Shown here: piece by piece, positions 1 to 9,927 of the stretch
Layout of the letters: each line of letters begins with the position of its first letter
Numbering within the stretch: position 1 is the stretch's first letter
From: a virus
DNA: 64,000 nt
IMG/VR virus record: IMGVR_UViG_3300042402_002687
Coordinates: 7,826 to 71,825 of that record
Direction: 5' to 3' (one strand)
Notes under the pieces: generated by a model
What the model was told of the DNA's origin: nothing
The model's input: only the letters and a program-made list of their open reading frames with translations
Databases searched by the model: none
Program-made: the position numbers and the translations under genes

Positions 1-1027
1 TGACACGATACTCATCACCCAAGTTTTGGGTTTGAATTGCAAACATTGCAATCTCACGCAGGTACTGATTAGAGTCAAGCACCTTTGAGTATTTTGGAAG
101 CAGATTTCTTTTCGTCTGAATCTTGGCCGTACACTTATCGGCAACCTCCATTGTGTTCTCCAGATATTCAACATTGTCATAACCGACTTCCTTGAACCAT
201 GAATGAACCGTTGTGGCATTTGCAATATATGGATTGATTTCATCAAAGCGCAAGTATCTCTCCGGATACATCGCATTCATCTTTCCGATAATGTCAATGC
301 TCTTATCTTGTACAACATGGAGATTATTCTGTGCGACACGGATATCTCCAGCGTTGAGGGAAGGATATTGTGACACCATGAGTAGCACTTCTTCGGCACC
401 ACGATGGTCATGGGTTGGAAAGTGGCAGTCCGCCGTGGCAACAACCTTTTTGTTGTACGCCTTTGCCAAGCGAATCAGTTCATCATTGAGATGCTTTGGA
501 TTCCATGCTTGAATCTCAAAATAGAAGTCATCACCAAAAATCTTAATGAACCGTTCCGTCAACTGTTCAGCCTTAGCGTAGTTCTTTGCCTCAATCGCCT
601 TAGAAATCGCACCACCCATGCAACCAGACAATGCAATGATATCCCCATCCACAACTTCCTCTAGCAGAGAAAAGTCAATGCGAGGCTTATAATAGAAATT
701 TTGTGTCCAGCCCAGTTGAGAAATCTTGAATAGTTTGTTGAGGCCCACATTATTCTTTGCCAACAAGATGAGGTGAAAGCGCTCATATTTAGTCTGTTCG
801 TCTGTCCCAATAGAGGGAACGAAATAGGCTTCGACCCCGAACAGGGGTTTAACACCTTCCTTAGCGCAGGCATATTGGAATTTAAGTACTCCACCCATTG
901 TTCCGTGATCGGTAAGGGCAGCAGCATACTGTCCATTTATACTTGAGATGTTAGCAATCTCATGAGGTGTTGACATTCCATCAAGTAATGAATACTCTGA
1001 ATGACAGTGTAGGTGGACAAAATCCAT
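1..1027 (-). CDS. dnaE: DNA polymerase III alpha subunit, N-terminal PHP domain (runs off the window start; absent from ORF track)
   Basis: Manual translation from ATG at 1027: MDFVHLHCHSEYSLLDGMS...AALTDHGTMGG...KPLFGVEAY...HLILLAKNNVGLNKL...FYYKPRIDF, the classic DnaE PHP motifs. Confidence 0.95.
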   Translation of the reverse strand, partial: MDFVHLHCHSEYSLLDGMSTPHEIANISSINGQYAAALTDHGTMGGVLKFQYACAKEGVKPLFGVEAYFVPSIGTDEQTKYERFHLILLAKNNVGLNKLFKISQLGWTQNFYYKPRIDFSLLEEVVDGDIIALSGCMGGAISKAIEAKNYAKAEQLTERFIKIFGDDFYFEIQAWNPKHLNDELIRLAKAYNKKVVATADCHFPTHDHRGAEEVLLMVSQYPSLNAGDIRVAQNNLHVVQDKSIDIIGKMNAMYPERYLRFDEINPYIANATTVHSWFKEVGYDNVEYLENTMEVADKCTAKIQTKRNLLPKYSKVLDSNQYLREIAMFAIQTQNLGDEYRV

Positions 1028-1031
1028 TTGT

Positions 1032-1562
1032 TTAGTTCCAGTCTAAATCGTAAAGCGTGTCTATCGTTGGGAGTTTACTCCAATATTTTTTATTGTACCA
1101 TTGCTTACGCAAAAAAGCATTCACCCCTTCACTTAAAAGAATTTCAACCTCCGTTGGGTTATCTTCAACTACAAATCTAGGGTTGAGGTTTTGGATAACC
1201 TCATGTTTTTCGTGAATGTTTGTAAACACCGGAGGGCTTGTGCTAAGTCTCCAATAATCAAGCCAAGGCTGTGTCTGCTCAATTGAAGCAGGACACCTTC
1301 TTGCAGTAACGATATGAACATCAATATCCATCTCGAACCAATAGTTTATTTGGTGCCACGCATCCTCGTATGGCTTCATATTTTTCCAAAACAATGGATT
1401 GTTAAATATCTTCATTGCTTCTTCATCGCTACTGTCTGATATTAGCCAATCAGTATAATCCACAAAGTCTGGATATCCTGTATGAGTTATGTGATCATCA
1501 AGCGACAGCGCTATGTTCGCAATGACCCCATCAAGGTCAAGGACAATTGATTGTTTTTCCAT
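1032..1562 (-). CDS. HAD-family 5'(3')-deoxyribonucleotidase-like protein
   Basis: N-terminal DLDGVIA (DxDGV) motif, VTAR, VEDNP. Confidence 0.8.
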   Translation of the reverse strand: MEKQSIVLDLDGVIANIALSLDDHITHTGYPDFVDYTDWLISDSSDEEAMKIFNNPLFWKNMKPYEDAWHQINYWFEMDIDVHIVTARRCPASIEQTQPWLDYWRLSTSPPVFTNIHEKHEVIQNLNPRFVVEDNPTEVEILLSEGVNAFLRKQWYNKKYWSKLPTIDTLYDLDWN

Positions 1563-1579
1563 AAATGTCTTTCTACATA

Positions 1580-1608
1580 GTGAAGCCCCGCACTAGGCAG
1601 GGCTTCAC
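1580..1608 (-). terminator. Stem-loop after the SSB gene, probable terminator
   Basis: GTGAAGCCC...GGGCTTCAC 9-bp inverted repeat in the intergenic gap; weak U-tail. Confidence 0.55.
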
Positions 1609-1625
1609 ACACATGTAAATTTGTA

Positions 1626-2273
1626 TTACCAAGTGTCCTTGGAAATCTCTCCAGTTGTATAGAACTTCTCTTGCTTTTCGTAAGGAAGTGTCATGTACAA
1701 AGTATTGAGGTCATGCATTGGCAATTCCTTGATATTGTCAGGCATATCTGTTGATTCAAGAGGGATGAGACTGTAGTTAGTGTCTGATGCTCCCGAACCT
1801 GTACGAGAAATCTTATAGAAACGATCAGTGATGGTTCCGAATTCCTTTGCGTACTCAATCAAAATCAAACCGACATGGCGTTGGTTGAAAGTAGTGTCAA
1901 GTACTCTCGGTTCCCATGTTCCCGGCTCAGTCTCAACAGCAATGTTGATAACTAGGTGTGGTTTTGATCTCCATGCCTTGTCGTGGACAGATTGCTCTGT
2001 TCCCCAACAGCGATAGTTGAACTTAGAAAGTCCAGCAGTTGAAGCTGCTCTCCATTTCCAGTTAATTGGTGAAGTAATAACTGGGATATTAATCGCAGTC
2101 CCGATTTCTTCATCATAGTGCTTTGAGTCTTCTGTCAATTCCTGACGGAAGCGAATGCGATAAGACTCTCCAGCCGAAACTGTAAAGTATTTCTTAACAC
2201 CAGACTTTTGTGTATTCTGTGCTGGTACTACATTCTTCTCTAATTCTTTTAGTGATTTAATTGTTTCAAACAT
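1626..2273 (-). CDS. Single-stranded DNA-binding protein (gp32-like)
   Basis: RIRF..., YKISRTGSGASDTNYSLIP motif typical of phage SSBs; located in the replication operon. Confidence 0.7.
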   Translation of the reverse strand: MFETIKSLKELEKNVVPAQNTQKSGVKKYFTVSAGESYRIRFRQELTEDSKHYDEEIGTAINIPVITSPINWKWRAASTAGLSKFNYRCWGTEQSVHDKAWRSKPHLVINIAVETEPGTWEPRVLDTTFNQRHVGLILIEYAKEFGTITDRFYKISRTGSGASDTNYSLIPLESTDMPDNIKELPMHDLNTLYMTLPYEKQEKFYTTGEISKDTW

Positions 2274-2286
2274 AATTGTTTTTCTC

Positions 2287-3180
2287 CTATATTGTGTGTG
2301 TTTTATTATTAATGACTTCTTGTATTTGCATACTTGTCATTGCTCCAGGGTCTTTTAACCCTGTATTGTTTTCTACCGTGTAAATTTCTTTACCTCGGCA
2401 GAGATCTATTATATCATTACGCATGGCAATTCCTGCGTCATCGTTGTCAGAAAAAATAATAATGCTATCAAAGCATCTTTTCATCATCTTAACCTGATTC
2501 TGTGAGACTTGCGCCCCTAGTGTTGAGACAACATTTGGGAAACCAGCTTGGTGAACCATCATAGCGTCAACGCTACCCTCTACAACGATGCAACTTTCAT
2601 ACTTCTTAGCGTTTTGTATGTTGAATAGAACATCTGCTCTCTTGAAGCCCTTGTTGTAAAGATAACGAGGCTCCTGCTCTTCATTAATCGCTCTACCAAT
2701 AAATCCAACAAGTTTGTAATCTTGCGCCCTCACCGGAATAACGATTCTGTCTTTAACTCTTGAATATCCTATTTCAAAATACTCCAGTGTGTCTAATGAC
2801 AAGCCACGATTTATGAAAGGGTCTAGTAGAGGAAGATCGGTTTCACTTTCAAAGTCAACTGATATATCTGATATGTCAAGTTCCTCTACTGCTACTTTAT
2901 TACGGAAACCTCTTTCGATTTCATTCTTTAAAGCAATTGGGTCAAGACGAACATCTTTGCCATACGGCTTCCCAGTTATCTCACGATAGAGTTGTCTGAA
3001 ATTACCTTTCTTACCACAAGATGGGTTAAAGCATTGCCATAAACCAGTTTTTGCATTAATAAAGAATGCAGGACTATTTCTATTCTTGTGGAAAGGGCAG
3101 TATAGATTAAATTCTTGAGCATTTTGAGTTTCAATTGGTATATTGTTTTTCTCAAACAGTTCACGAATTTGAGATTCCAT
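2287..3180 (-). CDS. dnaG: DNA primase (CHC2 zinc finger + TOPRIM)
   Basis: CPFH...WQCFNPSC zinc finger, VVEGSVDA, DNDDAG, KDPG; start set at ATG 3180, just past the upstream stop. Confidence 0.92.
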   Translation of the reverse strand: MESQIRELFEKNNIPIETQNAQEFNLYCPFHKNRNSPAFFINAKTGLWQCFNPSCGKKGNFRQLYREITGKPYGKDVRLDPIALKNEIERGFRNKVAVEELDISDISVDFESETDLPLLDPFINRGLSLDTLEYFEIGYSRVKDRIVIPVRAQDYKLVGFIGRAINEEQEPRYLYNKGFKRADVLFNIQNAKKYESCIVVEGSVDAMMVHQAGFPNVVSTLGAQVSQNQVKMMKRCFDSIIIFSDNDDAGIAMRNDIIDLCRGKEIYTVENNTGLKDPGAMTSMQIQEVINNKTHTI

Positions 3181-3181
3181 A

Positions 3182-3370
3182 CTATATATTGAATATGATT
3201 TTAAACTTGAATACATTCTTGCTGGCATCGTAGTCCGTCTTTAAAATTGTTTTACTAAATTTACCATGAGTGTTGCTCCATTCATCTTCCATCCAAGGCC
3301 TAAGTCTTGCGATGGTTTCAATGTCCTCTGCTTCACCCTCAATAAATTTCTTTTTAATTAGATATCCCAT
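3182..3370 (-). CDS. Hypothetical protein
   Basis: ORF filling the gap between helicase and primase. Confidence 0.6.
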   Translation of the reverse strand: MGYLIKKKFIEGEAEDIETIARLRPWMEDEWSNTHGKFSKTILKTDYDASKNVFKFKIIFNI

Positions 3371-4575
3371 TCTTCTACCCATTTTCCTGTCTCTAGGTTC
3401 CATCTTAAGAAGAAACCAAATTGTGTTGACCGTCTTACCTTTCTTGATACTACTTGAAATAAATCGGAATTATATTCACGATGAATTGCTAGAACTAAGT
3501 CTGCATCATAAGCCAATTGCTTACTCCATGCTACTTCTTCCAACTCAGGTGGTCGCTCTGAGTGACCATCATTCATGGTTACTGCTGCCACATCAATAAT
3601 TGGCACTCCGTTCTTAACCGCCATGCGCTTAAATGCTTTAGAAAGGTTCTTCGCCTTCTCTGTTTCATTCTTTGCTCCACTGGCATCGTCAAATAGACCG
3701 TGATAGTCGAGAATAACAAGGTCAGGTCTATACTGATCAATCTTAGCCTGCACCATGTTCTGGTCTGCTGTTTCAAGACCCTCTGATGTTACAAGATATA
3801 TAGGGTGCTTACCCTCAAATGTAGTCTCAGCCCATTCCTCATATGAATCAACAATTGCTGGATTCGCACGAACAAGGTCTGTATTTGTAAAAGCACCATC
3901 ACCATTGGTAAGAAGAGTGTCAAGTCTCTGCCCCTCTTGCTGTTTGTTCATTTCAAGAGAGATAATCAATGGTCTATAGCCAGCTTTCCAAGCATTAACT
4001 GCAAACAGTCTGGCAATAAAACTTTTACCAACACCTGTCCAGCCTAGGAGAACAATGAAGTCTCCGGGTTGCCAACCACCAAATTGCTTATCAATGACAC
4101 CGATACCACTAGGAATGCCCTGAAGCTCGTTAAGACCTCTCTCAGACCGCTCTCGCAGGTCTTTAGCACGATCTCTCCACTCTCCAGCCAAATCTGTATC
4201 TTTTAAATTGCTTGAGAACTTATACAACATGGATGTATTTTCCATGAGATAAGCCAAAGCCTCTTTAGGACCAGCCTCGGTGAGTAGCCCATTCGTCTTT
4301 GAAACTAAAACCCTAGTTTGGTAAGACAATGAACCATTCTTTGCTTCATCAATATAATATTTCAAAGGTTCAGGAGTGGAATAGAATTCAAACTCCGGAT
4401 GGTGCTGCTTAACAGTCTCTTTGGATGGGACTTTCTTGTGCTCGTCATAGTGAGAGCAAATAAAGTTCCAAATATCTCTATGTTCCATAAAGACGCTTTC
4501 AACGCCCTCATTAACAGCCGTTACATAATCATTTGATTGGATTAATGAATTTAACAATCTAACTTCGTAGTTCAT
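3358..4575 (-). CDS. dnaB: Replicative DNA helicase, DnaB family
   Basis: Walker A GWTGVGKS, SLEM, ILDY, QLAYDAD, KVR. Confidence 0.93.
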   Translation of the reverse strand: MNYEVRLLNSLIQSNDYVTAVNEGVESVFMEHRDIWNFICSHYDEHKKVPSKETVKQHHPEFEFYSTPEPLKYYIDEAKNGSLSYQTRVLVSKTNGLLTEAGPKEALAYLMENTSMLYKFSSNLKDTDLAGEWRDRAKDLRERSERGLNELQGIPSGIGVIDKQFGGWQPGDFIVLLGWTGVGKSFIARLFAVNAWKAGYRPLIISLEMNKQQEGQRLDTLLTNGDGAFTNTDLVRANPAIVDSYEEWAETTFEGKHPIYLVTSEGLETADQNMVQAKIDQYRPDLVILDYHGLFDDASGAKNETEKAKNLSKAFKRMAVKNGVPIIDVAAVTMNDGHSERPPELEEVAWSKQLAYDADLVLAIHREYNSDLFQVVSRKVRRSTQFGFFLRWNLETGKWVEEWDI

Positions 4576-4883
4576 TCTTTTACCATTCTATCATGAGTCT
4601 CCCTCATGATTTGTTTGAATTTTTCTTTGGATTCTTTTTCTTGCTTTACTTTGTCTGTAATTTTCTTTGATTCAATCGCAAAGTCGAATAGCAGGAATGG
4701 TCCTGTCCGACCTTTGACAAAGTATTTGATTGAATCAACTAACAATTCACCATCGTAGTGTTCTGCCAGCGCTTCCGCAACAGCCTCTTGTCTTGGTGAA
4801 TCTGGAATAAAAAGTTTGCTAGAATCCTTGCAAGATTGTTTTAAGGACTCTATCAGTTTTTGACCTGTTATTCTGTTTTTCAT
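4572..4883 (-). CDS. Hypothetical protein (possible helicase partner)
   Basis: Translationally coupled to dnaB (ATGA overlap). Confidence 0.6.
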   Translation of the reverse strand: MKNRITGQKLIESLKQSCKDSSKLFIPDSPRQEAVAEALAEHYDGELLVDSIKYFVKGRTGPFLLFDFAIESKKITDKVKQEKESKEKFKQIMRETHDRMVKE

Positions 4884-5112
4884 TTTTTGCCTCTTTCCAT
4901 GTGAGGTTTAAATATTCAAACTCAGTTATACCACCATATACGCCATAAAACTCTCCACTATTCCAAACAGATATAAAACATTCTGTTCTTACAGGGCATT
5001 TTTTGCATATAGATACGGCTCTATCTATGTCTTCTTTTTTATAAGAAAACCAAATATTGCTTTCAGGGTGGTCAACGCAAAGTGCTTTACTTGACCAATT
5101 ACTTGGCATCAT
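4819..5112 (-). CDS. whiB: WhiB-family Fe-S transcription factor
   Basis: W-x4-LC...WF...CKKCPVRTEC...GVYGG, the four-Cys plus G[VI]xGG WhiB signature. Confidence 0.9.
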   Translation of the reverse strand: MMPSNWSSKALCVDHPESNIWFSYKKEDIDRAVSICKKCPVRTECFISVWNSGEFYGVYGGITEFEYLNLTWKEAKNEKQNNRSKTDRVLKTILQGF

Positions 5113-5302
5113 CCAACTCTTGAAGCTTAGCTTCAATTTGTTCATCAATAGAATCCCATAATTTCTTCCAAGACTCTGGATCATCTAGAGATGCTGCTTT
5201 GCACTTCGCACCAGCATCCAACCTCAGCGATTCATAATTGCCAAGGTTCTTGGTAATACCAATCGAAGCCCAAATTTCTACTTCATTATTTTGTTCTGAC
5301 AT
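5099..5302 (-). CDS. Hypothetical protein
   Basis: Coupled ORF; TKNLGNYESLRLD motif resembles small phage proteins. Confidence 0.7.
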   Translation of the reverse strand: MSEQNNEVEIWASIGITKNLGNYESLRLDAGAKCKAASLDDPESWKKLWDSIDEQIEAKLQELDDAK

Positions 5303-5729
5303 TGCTATCCTTTATTTTCATTTGCACCTTTTGTGCAAGCGGTTTTATGTTTTTCTCTTTCACAATTGGCCGACCCGGCACTCTTGTATTAAAGAACTCT
5401 ACCATGATGTACACATCATCTTCACTATAATAGCGCCAATTTGCGTAACCTTTGTATTTATTTCCAAATTTCTTTGCATCCGGTATTAAAGATTTTTTCT
5501 CATACTTGCGAATGGTGTCTGCTCGCTTCTCAACGATCTTGGCGACCTCGCCTACAGTATAAATCCTATACAGAATCAATTCGTGTTGTTCATACGGCAT
5601 CTCAACCGTTGAGCCATCATCTAGTTTTTCAATATAAATTTTATTTTGTTTTTTATTAATCTTTTTAAGTTTAACAATCGTTCCGGCATATGTGTAAAAC
5701 TTATTAGTTGTTAGTTTACTCTTAATCAC
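5286..5729 (-). CDS. MerR-like HTH DNA-binding protein
   Basis: YTVGEVAKIVEKRADTIRKYEKKSLIP...WRYYSEDDV; GTG start with GAGGA RBS. Confidence 0.85.
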   Translation of the reverse strand: MIKSKLTTNKFYTYAGTIVKLKKINKKQNKIYIEKLDDGSTVEMPYEQHELILYRIYTVGEVAKIVEKRADTIRKYEKKSLIPDAKKFGNKYKGYANWRYYSEDDVYIMVEFFNTRVPGRPIVKEKNIKPLAQKVQMKIKDSNVRTK

Positions 5730-5910
5730 GATATCCTCTCCTCTTAGATAATTTAGCAATAAATCTCTTAAAGTCTTTAACCGTTACATCTTTAGTGTCT
5801 GAGCAGACAACACAGGTGATATCAACATAGTATTCTCCTAAAGAGTAATACTCAGCGCCAGCAAACTTCTGTCCACCGCATTTGTCGCAAGTTAATCTTA
5901 TGTGATTCAT
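5722..5910 (-). CDS. Small zinc-ribbon protein
   Basis: CDKC...CVVC. Confidence 0.65.
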   Translation of the reverse strand: MNHIRLTCDKCGGQKFAGAEYYSLGEYYVDITCVVCSDTKDVTVKDFKRFIAKLSKRRGYRD

Positions 5911-5922
5911 CGCTAATCCCCA

Positions 5923-7125
5923 TTAATCAAGCCAGCAATTATATTCTGCTGTGACAATTCCCTTTTGTGGATGAACAAACATTAATGGTTGCGAAGCACG
6001 ACCTACTGCACCCAAGACTTCAATAGCATAAGTATTCATTGACTCAGGGCTTCCTGAAATACGGCATTGGACTGTATTGAATGTCATCTTGGTAGGGGTA
6101 TGGAAGTGACCAAAGTAAACATCAGTAAATTCATCAACAATATTGCCCTCACTATCTTTTCTCTCAATCCCGCCAATTTTCCATCCATAGACTTTCTTTT
6201 GGAATGAATAGAACGAGGACAAACTGCCAAATTGATCACCATGAATAAGAAGTGTCTTATACTTTCCAATGTCATCAATAGCGTACCAAAAGCGATCACC
6301 ACGACCATCTGGAATATTAAACTTAATTCTAGGATTGTTTTCAAACATCAGCTGCACAATACGATAAAGCATTCTGTCAGCGTTTGTTTCTGGGTCATGG
6401 TTTCTTCTTGCTTTTCCACCAATTGAGCCATGATTTCCAATAACACCAGTGAATGTAATTGTTTCAAAGTTTTCAAGCATTTTATTAATAAAATTCTTCA
6501 TTATCCTTGGTCCATCAACAGTTACTTGACGATAAAGACCACTATCAATCAAAAACTCTTGACCGGGAAATATAAGTTCTCCCTCTACAATGTCACCAAG
6601 ACACCAAATGCGAAGATCACGAACAGGGTGATCTTGTCTTTGAATTTCTGTCAAGTGAATAACCTTGTCAGCAAATTGATTAATTCTTTCTTCACAGACT
6701 TTTGAATTGTAATCAGGTGTAGTCTTGCCAAGTTGCCAATCTGCTAGAACAGCAACAGCGACCTCTTCTGAATTCTTACGAGTATCTTTCTTTGGTGTCG
6801 GAATTTTCGTTGTCTTGTAAAGAATGCCTTTATCAATCTCTTCCTTAACAGCACGATAAACAGCGTCTGCAAGATGAACTTCTTTACTCTTCAATTTCTC
6901 GTATTCTTGAAGTAGTTTTGTATAACCAATCTTCAACTCTGAATCTGACGCTACAGTTTCTCCTGTAGCAATGTTTTTTGGCATTTCAATAATTCCATTT
7001 TCTTTTCTATATTTACACAGGCCCATTGAGTCGATTGATTTACGACAAGATGAGTCTGCATATCTCTGATTAGCTGTATTGGGGTTGAATTCAATATTGC
7101 AACCCTCTGCTCCACAAATTTTCAT
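5923..7125 (-). CDS. Calcineurin-like metallophosphoesterase with N-terminal Cys motif
   Basis: ADWQLG, LGDIVEG, GNHG, HGD, GHFH motifs. Confidence 0.85.
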   Translation of the reverse strand: MKICGAEGCNIEFNPNTANQRYADSSCRKSIDSMGLCKYRKENGIIEMPKNIATGETVASDSELKIGYTKLLQEYEKLKSKEVHLADAVYRAVKEEIDKGILYKTTKIPTPKKDTRKNSEEVAVAVLADWQLGKTTPDYNSKVCEERINQFADKVIHLTEIQRQDHPVRDLRIWCLGDIVEGELIFPGQEFLIDSGLYRQVTVDGPRIMKNFINKMLENFETITFTGVIGNHGSIGGKARRNHDPETNADRMLYRIVQLMFENNPRIKFNIPDGRGDRFWYAIDDIGKYKTLLIHGDQFGSLSSFYSFQKKVYGWKIGGIERKDSEGNIVDEFTDVYFGHFHTPTKMTFNTVQCRISGSPESMNTYAIEVLGAVGRASQPLMFVHPQKGIVTAEYNCWLD

Positions 7126-7160
7126 AAGGATAATTGTAGCACTCTATTTGGCGCTTTGTG

Positions 7161-7601
7161 TCAATCTGCGGAATTATATTTCCGAACAATTTCTGTTCTT
7201 TTTTTAAGAGGTTTTCTAATAGGTTTTGGTCTATTATTCATGTTTTGACGAAGTTTTTCACGGTGCTCTTCACTAGGTCTTTTACCCTCACGGTGAATTG
7301 CGCTATGTTCTTGAATAGAGCATAGAAATAAGTTTTCCAAACGATTGTCTGCTTTTACTTCATTAATATGATGAACACTTTCCCATCTGTTTAGATACCT
7401 TTTAAGGTAGCTTTCGTACAAAGCTCTATGCTCATAGATATAGCCCTTAATGTTAGCAGGGTGTTCTGGCATCAAGACACGCACATAACCTTTATCGTCA
7501 ATATATTTTCCCCCATTATAGTTGGGGTTTGCTTCACCTAGAGCCATTCTGTCAGTCCATTCAACATCGTCTCGCTTAGATGCCAAAGGTCTTTGAGGCA
7601 T
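7161..7601 (-). CDS. HNH homing endonuclease with NUMOD3-like tail
   Basis: YEHR...VHHINEVKADNRLENL...H; C-terminal GKRPSEEHREKLRQ. Confidence 0.88.
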   Translation of the reverse strand: MPQRPLASKRDDVEWTDRMALGEANPNYNGGKYIDDKGYVRVLMPEHPANIKGYIYEHRALYESYLKRYLNRWESVHHINEVKADNRLENLFLCSIQEHSAIHREGKRPSEEHREKLRQNMNNRPKPIRKPLKKRTEIVRKYNSAD

Positions 7602-7602
7602 A

Positions 7603-8271
7603 TTATCCCTGACCGCCGATGTCCTCTAGGTACATTTGCATCTTTGATTCACTACAGGGGATTATGAATGTAGTTGGGTTGGCAGCACTATTTCCACTAT
7701 CTCTTTGAATTTCAATATTAAAGATACCAGTGCCAGCCGAACCAGAAATTCCACCACCTGTTGCAATAACATGACTATATGTACCTGTTCCAAAATACGA
7801 GGGGAAAGATGATTGACGAACTTGTGTATTAGCAGTTGTTGGCACACCTGCTGAGGCATCAAGGAATGTGTGAATTGGTTGACTAATTCTCCAAGTACAC
7901 AGTGTTGTTGGGGCTGCAGCAATATTACCCTGCGTGACTCTTAATATAAAAACAGAATCCTCTTGACCGGGAGCTGCAACTTTAATACCAGGGAAGTTCA
8001 ATGTTATACGAGCATAACGACTTGCTGGCAATGTAACACTATTGTCGGGATTTCCTGACCCTTCATTCTTTAGGTTAATGATCTCATGATATGTATTCAT
8101 TGAGTTATATGTTAGAGATCCAGTAACCTCTTTAAGCTTAATAAGACCCCTTGGAACATCATCTGTAGCGTCTTTGACCTGTTGGGTATTCTCCGACATT
8201 TGCTGAAGCCTGTCAGCAGTTATTGGCGTTGCGGGTGTCCAAGATACTTGTGTATAGTTTTCGTAAGCCAT
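7603..8271 (-). CDS. Tail/virion structural protein
   Basis: N-terminal W..TPITADRLQQM tail-attachment-type motif; last gene of the tail operon. Confidence 0.6.
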   Translation of the reverse strand: MAYENYTQVSWTPATPITADRLQQMSENTQQVKDATDDVPRGLIKLKEVTGSLTYNSMNTYHEIINLKNEGSGNPDNSVTLPASRYARITLNFPGIKVAAPGQEDSVFILRVTQGNIAAAPTTLCTWRISQPIHTFLDASAGVPTTANTQVRQSSFPSYFGTGTYSHVIATGGGISGSAGTGIFNIEIQRDSGNSAANPTTFIIPCSESKMQMYLEDIGGQG

Positions 8272-8280
8272 GTCTACCTA

Positions 8281-9927
8281 TTATACACCCTCAAGGGTTT
8301 GAATCCTAGATTCCAAGGACTCTACTTTCCCCCAAAGGGTTCTGATAATTTGCTGCTGGGCAATACACATTCTCTCATATGCAAAATAGTCAGGGAGACC
8401 ATCTTTGTCAAAACCACAAAGTTCGGAGAGTCCGGCTGCAACAGCTTCTTCCGCTATGAAGCCATACTCCCAAGGAGAGCCATCGCCACCGCCTTCTACT
8501 TTTTCATTGTATCTAAATCTTTTTGGCTCCATAGACAAAATAGATTGTTCATTAAAAGTATAGGATTCAATATCCTGCTTAAGACGAGCTGTTGACGAAG
8601 TTGTTCCAATCAAACTACTAGAGTTGAAGACAGCAGTTCTTCCAGAAACAGACTTGTCGTAGGCTTCTTGGTTCATGGCAACTCTAAACATACCTATGCC
8701 ACCACCATTGGCAACAACAAAATCCTGACCGCTCGCTGTTGCTGTTGTATCAAGAATACGACCAAGACGCAATGCTGGTGTGGCGGAGCCAGCTGTGTCT
8801 GCATAGGTAGCGCTTGTTGCATTTCCATTAAAGGTTGTAGCAGTAACATTGCTGCAATATATATGACCGTCTTGATACACTTTAAATTTTGAAACATTAT
8901 TTTCAACAATGTCAATACCAATGTTTCCGGGACCACCATTTGTGCTTCCAAGAGTTATATATCTATTTATTGCCGGAGCATTGGTACCATATCCAGCGAG
9001 TCTAGCGACTTGAATGTACTCACCCACTAAATCAGTTCTATGCCTCATATTAGCATGCCCGCCATCAAGGGGGGAAGAGTATATTAGTATATCGCCATAA
9101 TCCAAAATTTCCATATAGTTTTGAGCGTTGTAACTTGTACTCTTTAGTGAGGTAGATGTAAGGTCAAATGGTCCAATGCGACCACTGATAGTCGCAGTTA
9201 TTGTTGTTGCTGTAATCGCACCAGAAATATCAGCACCTGTTGCTGTCAATACTCCAGTATTTGAAAGGGTATATCCACCATTGGTTATTTGACCATTGGA
9301 AGCAATGACTGTGTTGCCAAAAGTCACTGCTCCAGTTGATGAAAGAGTAGTGCTACCAGCTGTGATGGTGTTTGAGCTAATCGCCCAACCGCCAATGGTT
9401 CCTGCATTTGCAGTTACATTTCCACGAATTACTGCATCGGAAAATACTGCTTGACCAGCTGATGTTATAGCCCAACCAGTTGTGCCACTTGATGTAATAA
9501 CATTATTAGCAGCAATTGTGCCATTATAACTATTACTTCTAATAACATTATTAACTAAAACAAGATTTGCCGCTAACTCATTGGCAGTAACTGCGTTAGC
9601 AGCTATTTCGTCTGCTGTGATTGTGTTTGCTTGCAACTCAGTTGCTGTAATAGTGTTTGCACGAATTGATTTTCCACTTAGAAGTCCGGGAGCAAGATCA
9701 AGACCTGCTGGGGCTAGAACTTTTGTATTAACAAGATTCATTACCCATTCTTCGAGGGCGGCTTGATTTGCTTGCTGTATTGTTATTCTTGATTGAGAAC
9801 CTCTATACCCAGGATTAAAATCAAACAAAGAGTATTTATCAGTGCTTATTAGCGTTGAACTTACACCATCGTGTTTATGACCACCAGCACCAAAAAAGGA
9901 GATGGCATTTTCTGATGACCTTTTCAC
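8281..9927 (-). CDS. Tail fibre/spike with C-terminal peptidase S74 intramolecular chaperone
   Basis: 10-aa ANTITA repeats, GTIGGWAI beta-helix repeats, STARLKQDI...YGFIAEE...coiled-coil C-terminus. Confidence 0.85.
   Translation of the reverse strand: MKRSSENAISFFGAGGHKHDGVSSTLISTDKYSLFDFNPGYRGSQSRITIQQANQAALEEWVMNLVNTKVLAPAGLDLAPGLLSGKSIRANTITATELQANTITADEIAANAVTANELAANLVLVNNVIRSNSYNGTIAANNVITSSGTTGWAITSAGQAVFSDAVIRGNVTANAGTIGGWAISSNTITAGSTTLSSTGAVTFGNTVIASNGQITNGGYTLSNTGVLTATGADISGAITATTITATISGRIGPFDLTSTSLKSTSYNAQNYMEILDYGDILIYSSPLDGGHANMRHRTDLVGEYIQVARLAGYGTNAPAINRYITLGSTNGGPGNIGIDIVENNVSKFKVYQDGHIYCSNVTATTFNGNATSATYADTAGSATPALRLGRILDTTATASGQDFVVANGGGIGMFRVAMNQEAYDKSVSGRTAVFNSSSLIGTTSSTARLKQDIESYTFNEQSILSMEPKRFRYNEKVEGGGDGSPWEYGFIAEEAVAAGLSELCGFDKDGLPDYFAYERMCIAQQQIIRTLWGKVESLESRIQTLEGV

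Noticed and set aside
213-936. ORF-track entries 213-512, 404-664 and 661-936
   Set aside because: Shadow frames over the minus-strand dnaE frame
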